64,000 bases of DNA, taken from an uncultured Methanoregulaceae archaeon. Its GTDB lineage: Archaea > Halobacteriota > Methanomicrobia > Methanomicrobiales > Methanospirillaceae. Positions 57,266-64,000 of the stretch are shown piece after piece; position 1 is the first letter of the stretch, and each line of letters begins with the position of its first letter. Below the pieces are notes generated by a model. The model did no database searches and was not told the origin of the DNA. It saw only the letters and a program-made list of their open reading frames with translations. The stretch lies in NCBI GenBank assembly GCA_963841015.1, contig CAWJAX010000005.1, positions 32,001-96,000 on the forward strand. Direction: 5' to 3'. The position numbers were made by a program, and so were the translations under genes.

Positions 57266-57537
57266 CATAGCTTAAAAAACAGTATTGCTAAAACAGTGAC
57301 TATGAGGATAATGCCAATAATCGCATAAAGAAGGTTTTTTCCCAGCGTGGGTTTTTTCTGGGATCGGCGTATCAGGTTCCTGATATTCAGGATTTCTCTT
57401 TGCGATTCTTCAACCGAGTCCCGGATCTGACGAAGTAAAACACATTCATCTTCAGGAAATCGGTTTCCGCAGTGCATACAGAATGCTGCACTATTTTCGT
57501 GCGTTAAATTCCTGCAGCACTCACACATTTTCACCAT
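57265..57537 (-). CDS. Zn-ribbon / coiled-coil / C-terminal TM small protein
   Basis: CECC...FCMHCG, short coiled coil, hydrophobic tail. Confidence 0.7.
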   Translation of the reverse strand: MVKMCECCRNLTHENSAAFCMHCGNRFPEDECVLLRQIRDSVEESQREILNIRNLIRRSQKKPTLGKNLLYAIIGIILIVTVLAILFFKL

Positions 57538-57947
57538 TGTTGCTCAACTTTTGTGCACGATATTGCACTGATAATATTCTATCAGGTCAGTAGGTTTATA
57601 AATTAAACGTTATCGCTTCAAAAAAACGTGATTGCTGCTTTTACGAGAGCAGAAATCAGGGGGTACATCTTCAAATCCCCCCACCATTTTAGCCCGGCTT
57701 TGCATGTTATTCCGGATTGGTGACTATACGGCAGAAAAGGAACAGGATATCACGGCTCCCCCAATGAGGTAAGCCGGACCCGAAACTCTGCTTGTTCGCG
57801 CTCCAGCTTCAGGAATAAATTGCGTACCCATAAAAATCTGTACCTCTATGGATTTTTGGCGAGGATCCTAAAAACCAGTATTCGATCCTTGGTGATAAGG
57901 GTGATCTTTTTATTTCAGAAAACAGTATTAACGTTAAGAGTGCTGCA

Positions 57948-58841
57948 ATGTTCAAAAAAGTGCTGGTTGCCCTGGATTTTTCACGCTATACACAAAAAAT
58001 CCTTGATCGTATCAGCGAGATTCCCGGAATACAGGAAGTAGTTCTCGTGCATGTAGTGGATACCACACGCCCTGCGAAACTGGATTGGACGCACGGTCAC
58101 CCGCATATCGAAAATCCTCAGGTCCTCTTAGAAGAGAAAAAAAGGTTCCTTGAACAACGCGGCATGAGAGTGACCATAAATGTTGACGTGATAGTCAATG
58201 CGATTACGCAGAGCCCGGTTTCAAACGCCATCCTGGAAATTGCCAAAACCGAAAACGTGTCCCTGATAGTCATTGGTGCCCGGGGCATAAACCCGATCCA
58301 GGAACTTCTGCTGGGGAGTGTATCATCCTCGGTGATCCGGTATGCAACGACAAATGTACTCATTATGCATTTCCCCCAAGCCTCTGATGAGTCACACGCT
58401 TCACCTGATTTTACCTACCAGAAACTGTTTTCAAAAGTACTGGTGCCTACGGATTTTTCCCGCTCCGCCAGCGATGCATTAGCAATTGTAAAAACGATTC
58501 CCGGGATCAAAGAAACAGTTCTCCTGCATGTTGTCAGTCGCGCAGAATCAGAAAAGGATATCGAAGTTGATTTAAAAACCTCAGAAAAAAGGCTCGAGGA
58601 CATGAAAAAGGAATTAATCGATACTGGTGCTGATATTAAACTTCATGTTGGTGCTGGAGATCCTACAGAGATGATACTATCGGTTGCAGATGAAGAAAAT
58701 GTGTCCCTGATAGCAATGAGTGCCTTTGGTCTGGACTGGATAAGCGAGTTTGTGCTGGGAAGCACTACGTTTACTGTCGTAAGAAGAACAAAAAAACCGG
58801 TTCTCATCATTCGAACCGCAGAGGAAAACAAAACCCTCTGA
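57948..58841 (+). CDS. Universal stress protein (tandem USP domains)
   Basis: FKKVLVALDFS / FSKVLVPTDFS, LLGSVS / VLGSTT. Confidence 0.93.
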   Translation: MFKKVLVALDFSRYTQKILDRISEIPGIQEVVLVHVVDTTRPAKLDWTHGHPHIENPQVLLEEKKRFLEQRGMRVTINVDVIVNAITQSPVSNAILEIAKTENVSLIVIGARGINPIQELLLGSVSSSVIRYATTNVLIMHFPQASDESHASPDFTYQKLFSKVLVPTDFSRSASDALAIVKTIPGIKETVLLHVVSRAESEKDIEVDLKTSEKRLEDMKKELIDTGADIKLHVGAGDPTEMILSVADEENVSLIAMSAFGLDWISEFVLGSTTFTVVRRTKKPVLIIRTAEENKTL

Positions 58842-58989
58842 ATACCTGTCAGGAGCCCTGGGGACCTCCCGGGGGGTTTTCCAGGTTGATGCACCGGATG
58901 CTCAATCAGAATATTCGATACACTGTTCCCAGGAGAAGAGCGGGCGCTTTTAAAAAACCGTTTTTTTCCTTAAAAAATTGTTTGAAAAA

Positions 58990-60634
58990 TTAATACTCAT
59001 CCATGCCGGGGGGCATTCCGCCCATACCGCCGGGAGGCATCCCCCCGCCAGGTGCGCCGGTTTTCGAAGATGCAATGACATCGTCAATGCGGAGGATCAT
59101 GACTGCCGCTTCTGCCGCACTTGATATTGCCTGTGTTTTCACCCGCAGCGGTTCAACGACACCTGCCTTGAGCATATCCACGGGTTTACCCTCATAGACA
59201 TCAAGCCCAAAATTCTTTTTGCCCGCCTCATGGGCAGCACGGATTGCGACAAGCATATCGATGGGATCGAGACCCGAGTTTTCAGCAAGGGACCGGGGGA
59301 TGACCTCCAGAGCTGCAGCGAATGCTTCAATCGCAAGCTGGACGCGACCTCCTTCCTGCGATGCATATCTCCGCAGATGAAGCGAGAGTTCTGTCTCGGG
59401 TGCCCCGCCACCGGGAACGATCTTTTTGCCCTCAACAACGACGCTCACGACCATAAGTGCATCATGGAGGGCACGTTCGAGTTCATCGACAACGTGCTCG
59501 GTTCCTCCCCTGACGATAATGGAGACTGCTTTGGGATCTTTACACTGCGAGATATAAATCATCTCGTCGCCCGAGACCTTGCGTTCCTCAACAAGCCCTG
59601 CAGCGCCGAGATCCTTTGGGGTTATTGCATCGATGCTGTTGACGATGTTCGCACCCGTTGCACGGGCAAGGTTCTCGATATCACTTTTCTTCAGCCTGCG
59701 GACAGCTGAGGATCCCGGCTTTTGCAAGGTAGTGCTGGGCTACATCATCAATACCCTTCTGGCAGAAAATGACGGTCGCACCGCTTTTAAGAACCTTGTC
59801 CACCATCGTGTGGACCATGTGCTCCTCTTCATCGAGAAATGCCTGGGCTTGTCCGGGGGTGGAGATATTGATCTTCGCGTTCACTTCGGTCTTTTTGAAT
59901 TCGAGTGCTGCATTAAGGAGCAGTATCTTTGCATTCTTCACCGATTTGGGCATGCCTGGATGTGCACGTTCCTTGTCGACAACCATACCTTCGATAAGAT
60001 TGGTGTCGTCCACAGATCCGCCGACCTTCTTTTCGACGTTGATATGAGCGATGTCAACCTTGCCGTCGGGATCGGTAACGAAGGTGATCGCCTTCACGAT
60101 GATGTTGCAGAGCCGGTCTTTAGATACCTCTGCATTCTTACCCGTGAGTGCTGTCTCTGCGATCTTTTTGAGTTTTTCTGTATCTGAAGGTTTCACGGTT
60201 ATAGCGAACCCGTTGAGCATCACGAGCGCCTCTGCCGCTGCCATCCGGTATCCTTCAGCGATAACGGTCGGGTGGACGCCCTGGGTAAGAAGCCCCTCAG
60301 CGTTCTTTAAAAGTTCCCCTGCGATTACAACTGCGCTGGTTGTTCCATCGCCGACCTCAGCGTCCTGGGTCTTTGCAACCTCAACCATCATCTTTGCGGC
60401 AGGATGTTCGATGTCCATCTCCTTTAAGATGGTGACCCCGTCATTGGTGATCGTGATATCACCCATGCTGTCAATGAGCATCTTGTCCATGCCTTTGGGA
60501 CCGAGGGTCGAACGTACAGCGGCTGCCACTGCCCTCGCCGCGGCAAAATTATTATTCTGGGCTTCCTGCCCCCGGTTTCTCGTTGCTCCTTCCCTGAGAA
60601 TAATTATGGGTTGTCCCCCGAGTTGTTGTGACAT
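58990..60634 (-). CDS. ths: Thermosome (group II chaperonin) subunit, apparent frameshift at about 59707
   Basis: [42 protein letters not shown]-rich tail. Confidence 0.95.
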
Positions 60635-60879
60635 GGTATTCCTCATTAAGTGGTATACATGTTATTTTTTATAAGATAAATAGCGTTACATTCCACTTTT
60701 TTTTCCTTATCACGGTTTTTAGGTATTCCGGATTATTATATCCGGGCTCAAACCTGGATGATCGTAAGGTTTGATAAAGCGATACTTTCGTATCCTTTGA
60801 TGCGTTAATGAGGGAAAAACGGCCGTAAAATTGGGGAATCCATCGGGATCTCAAAAGATATTAGCACGGTTCGATTCAC

Positions 60880-61611
60880 TTATCTTTCGACTGACTTGTC
60901 CGGTTCGGTTCGATCTCCGTATCCTTCCTCATTGCCTTCAAGTCGCCGGATATATTGTTTCATGGTGTGGCGATACCGTTCCGTCTCCTTTTCAAGTTCA
61001 AGGATACGTTTTGTGTTTTTAGCATCTGCTTCGGTTAACGCACTTACTTCGCTCTTCCAATCCTGGATTTTCTGCGTGTACTCTTCAATTGCTGTACGTG
61101 TTCTCTCCGCATCACGCTCAAATTCAACAATCCTTTGACGATTTTTTACCTCAGATTCCCTGAGTGCCCCAAGTTCGCCTTCATTTTTCCGGACCTGTTG
61201 AATATACTGTTCAATTGTTGAACGCAACCGTTCAGATTCTCTTTCCATTTCAGCTATTCGTTTTGCATTTTTTGTTTCGGATTCCCGAAAAGCTCCGATT
61301 TCGACCTCCTTTTCCTTGAGGGTCTGGGACATATAGAGGTTGGAAGTCTTCACAATCGCATAATCAGATTTCAAATCCGCCAGAAGCGATTTCTGGTGAT
61401 CCAGATCCTGGTAAACTGATCGTAACTGGTTTTTGGTCTGCCTGTTCTGATCAGTGAGAGAATCAAGTTCGTTGTTGAGGGTGGTTAGTTCAGTCCTGGC
61501 AGCAGAATTCATTTCAAGAATGTAATGCCACCTGAATGATCTCCCCAAAAAACCAACAGATTTAAGTTTCTCAAATAAAGCCCGTAAATTATCTGATGTT
61601 GAGACGACCAT
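60880..61611 (-). CDS. Coiled-coil protein with three 42-aa repeats
   Basis: Long open frame, heptad pattern, internal repeats at residues 104-229. Confidence 0.8.
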   Translation of the reverse strand: MVVSTSDNLRALFEKLKSVGFLGRSFRWHYILEMNSAARTELTTLNNELDSLTDQNRQTKNQLRSVYQDLDHQKSLLADLKSDYAIVKTSNLYMSQTLKEKEVEIGAFRESETKNAKRIAEMERESERLRSTIEQYIQQVRKNEGELGALRESEVKNRQRIVEFERDAERTRTAIEEYTQKIQDWKSEVSALTEADAKNTKRILELEKETERYRHTMKQYIRRLEGNEEGYGDRTEPDKSVER

Positions 61612-61740
61612 TATCCACTCTCGGTAAATTTAAAGTCCATTAATGAGTACAAACGCTCTTAGTATTTAAAAATTTTTATTATATCTGTTCAAGGAAAGAG
61701 GGATAAAAAGAAAACAAAGGTTAATTCGTGGATTAAATCC

Positions 61741-62133
61741 CTATTTTTTTCTTTTGGGGACTGTTTTTTCTTTCTTTGGCCAGAATACCAGGAGAATTGC
61801 AATTACTCCCAAGCTTACTATCGACATTGTCACGATACCCCAGAATGTTTTATCTGTGCCCTGCGTAAAATACGCCAGAGAAGCAAAGGTCAGTGCACCG
61901 GTGGCTATTATTAAGGCTCCCCCGGTAAATATCACCATGACACGGGATAAATGAAACATTCGTTCTGCAAGGTCATTTGATTTCTTTTGAGATTCCACGG
62001 ACTGTATCAGGATGGCAGTTGCAATACTGTCCGGACTATCTTTAAGTTTTTGATATGCCTGTATTTTATCATCAATTTTTTTTTCAAATTCTGAATAATT
62101 GGTGATTAAATCATCGATATCGTCTGCATCCAT
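61741..62133 (-). CDS. Hypothetical membrane protein (2 TM)
   Basis: Acidic N-terminus, two hydrophobic helices, basic tail. Confidence 0.7.
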   Translation of the reverse strand: MDADDIDDLITNYSEFEKKIDDKIQAYQKLKDSPDSIATAILIQSVESQKKSNDLAERMFHLSRVMVIFTGGALIIATGALTFASLAYFTQGTDKTFWGIVTMSIVSLGVIAILLVFWPKKEKTVPKRKK

Positions 62134-62582
62134 ACTGTAGAATCATTCAGGAAGGCAATGCTATAAAATGATATTCCTTGCACCGGTGCCTTGCATCATA
62201 TGTGGTATAACGTGAAGAGGGAATATCAGGAATTGTTCAAGGTGGATTAGTGGCTGAACTCGAATGCCATTTAAAAGGCTTAAAATAAAAATCAGAGCAC
62301 AATTCGGGCATATTCGATTTTTCGTCAGATCACGGTACCCGGTCTTATTGGGGCGTTTTTGATCACGTTTTTTCGAATTCTTACTTTTTGGGCGTGGAAT
62401 CCGGAATAGCCCAGTTTACGGGGAGAAAAACCGGCCTGTTTATTCCTTATTGGTTGGCAGATCTCATGTTTGATCAACCATAACTACCGATTAAGGAAAA
62501 AAACACCTGTTTTGAACATTTCGCGCAAAATCCCTTTCGCCAGCTGTATGAGGGAAAACGGGCAAAGCATAAGGATTTTTTT

Positions 62583-62975
62583 TTATTTTTTAGAAACTCG
62601 GGAATACCATAGTACTCCATATCCATCTTTTTTTTCTACTAATGTTTTATTTTTCACGCAGTTTTTCAGATATCTCCTGAACATAGCTAAGGTAATATCC
62701 CCGATTCTCCACGTGATTTTATCCAGACTGAATTTTCCATTGAATTTTTTGAGATATTCATCCAATTTCTTTTCCATTTTTGTTTCTATATCATCTGTTG
62801 TTGTTATTGATCTTACCTGATTATTGATTGGTGATTCAACTCCACATTTAACAAAATTGCTGCAATTATTCTTTTCCTCTTTCCAAATATTTCCGCATCT
62901 TTTACAACGGAGAGAATTCAGGAGACTATACACATTTTTGCTTGAACAGACCGGACAACGTATTTCTGTCTCCAT
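62583..62975 (-). CDS. Zn-ribbon protein with possible winged-helix C-terminus
   Basis: CPVC...CKRC; GAGGTGGAG RBS upstream; basic helical C-terminal domain ending in a beta-hairpin-like segment. Confidence 0.7.
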   Translation of the reverse strand: METEIRCPVCSSKNVYSLLNSLRCKRCGNIWKEEKNNCSNFVKCGVESPINNQVRSITTTDDIETKMEKKLDEYLKKFNGKFSLDKITWRIGDITLAMFRRYLKNCVKNKTLVEKKDGYGVLWYSRVSKK

Positions 62976-63335
62976 TTCTCCACCTCATTCATATTCACGA
63001 TGAAACGGGTAACAAACGCTACTATTTACTTAAAGTAGGGGTACATGGAAATGCGTTACTTGATATATAATTTTTTTCATTAGAACGGCAAGCAATAACA
63101 GACACATTCTGTTTGGGAAAAGTTGGAATATTCTTAATGATATCAGATCTGATCCTTTACAAATTGTGGGAACCACAACACAAATTGTAAGTGCAGATTT
63201 CATAATTCGAATGGTATTTCTTTCATCCAAAATTCCGGAAAAATTGCATTAAGAAATTAGCGTGAAAAACCATAGCAACCCTTATAATTGCTCAACCCAA
63301 ATGTAGTCAGGCACTTTTACATATTGTGCTGACAG

Positions 63336-63431
63336 ATGTAAGTCCGACGTGCTTTTTTAAGCACAGCCTCAACCAAGGCTTTGGGATTACAGGGAGTCAG
63401 TAAAAAATACTCGACTTTTCTGGACTTACAT
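63336..63431 (+). promoter_or_regulatory. Structured 5' leader of rps15 (probable S15 ribosomal leader)
   Basis: Perfect 10-bp closing stem ATGTAAGTCC/GGACTTACAT enclosing hairpins GTGCTT..AAGCAC and AGCCT..AGGCT, just upstream of the AGGAGG RBS. Confidence 0.65.
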
Positions 63432-63452
63432 AAGACATTAGGAGGCTATTGT

Positions 63453-63911
63453 ATGGCACGAATGCATGCTCGAAGAAGAGGCAAGTCATGCTCTGTCCGC
63501 CCCTACCGGAAACAGGCACCTGCGTGGTCCAACATGGACGCAAAGGCGATCACCAAAGTGATCCTGGATCTTCGTAAGGAAGGCGCATCGAGCAGCAAAA
63601 TTGGGCTTGTCCTGCGGGACAGCTATGGCGTCCCGGACGTGAAACTTGCCCTTGGTAAGCGTATCGGTGATATTTTAAAAGAGAACAAAGTTGCATCTGA
63701 GATTCCTGAAGATCTCCGCGATCTCATGATAAAGGCACTCGGGCTGCGCAAGCACCTGGGTGAGAACAAGAAAGACCTGCACAACAAGCGGCAGCTGAAC
63801 CTGACGGAGTCGAAGATCCGGCGCCTTGTGCGGTACTACCGGGGAACAAAGAAAATACCCAAGGAATTCGTCTACAAACCTGAGACTGCAGAAATTCTGT
63901 TGTCAAGATAA
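63453..63911 (+). CDS. rps15: 30S ribosomal protein S15 (S13e)
   Basis: MARMHARRRGKS, IPEDL, ESKIRRLVRYY. Confidence 0.97.
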   Translation: MARMHARRRGKSCSVRPYRKQAPAWSNMDAKAITKVILDLRKEGASSSKIGLVLRDSYGVPDVKLALGKRIGDILKENKVASEIPEDLRDLMIKALGLRKHLGENKKDLHNKRQLNLTESKIRRLVRYYRGTKKIPKEFVYKPETAEILLSR

Positions 63912-63938
63912 GGAACAATCGTCGTCCAGAGAATACCC

Positions 63939-64000
63939 ATGCCCCTTGAATCCATAGCAGAAACGGTTGCAGATCAGATCCGGCACCAGGAGTTTGTCGA
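63939..64000 (+). CDS. Start of the next gene, probably the DHH-family protein usually found after rps15 (partial)
   Basis: ATG opens MPLESIAETVADQIRHQEFV. The product is assigned from recalled gene order only. Confidence 0.45.
   Translation, partial: MPLESIAETVADQIRHQEFV

Noticed and set aside
57600-57900. Hidden small gene or ncRNA upstream of the USP gene
   Set aside because: Only short ORFs without an RBS or motif, and no convincing structure.
63030-63230. 66-aa ORF in the AT-rich gap
   Set aside because: No recognisable motif or RBS; likely spurious.

Overview
Genomic DNA from a methanogenic euryarchaeon; the rRNA and gene order suggest Methanomicrobiales, close to Methanoregula. The window is mostly core genome. 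It holds a minus-strand rRNA operon (16S, 23S, tRNA-Cys, 5S), smc-scpA, a glyA-folD-folP-cofE-like cluster with cofC/cofG/purC, and the long tRNA-Ser-rps13...rpoD...eno-rps2-mvk-fni-gltX operon. Further on are a six-gene CBS array, oapA/oapC, a thermosome subunit and rps15. About ten single-base indels split conserved genes and look like read or assembly errors. The most notable non-core signals are: (1) a 1.14-kb IS1016-type element with intact ends, whose transposase core is replaced by a bacterial YjhP-like methyltransferase; (2) a minimal tRNA-like element where the spacer tRNA-Ala normally sits; (3) an intact IS5/ISH1-type IS plus two MITEs sharing its ends; (4) a folate operon coupled to a CofE-family ligase; (5) a stand-alone HEPN-motif protein. 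All calls come from reading the sequence and recalling protein families; no database searches were run.
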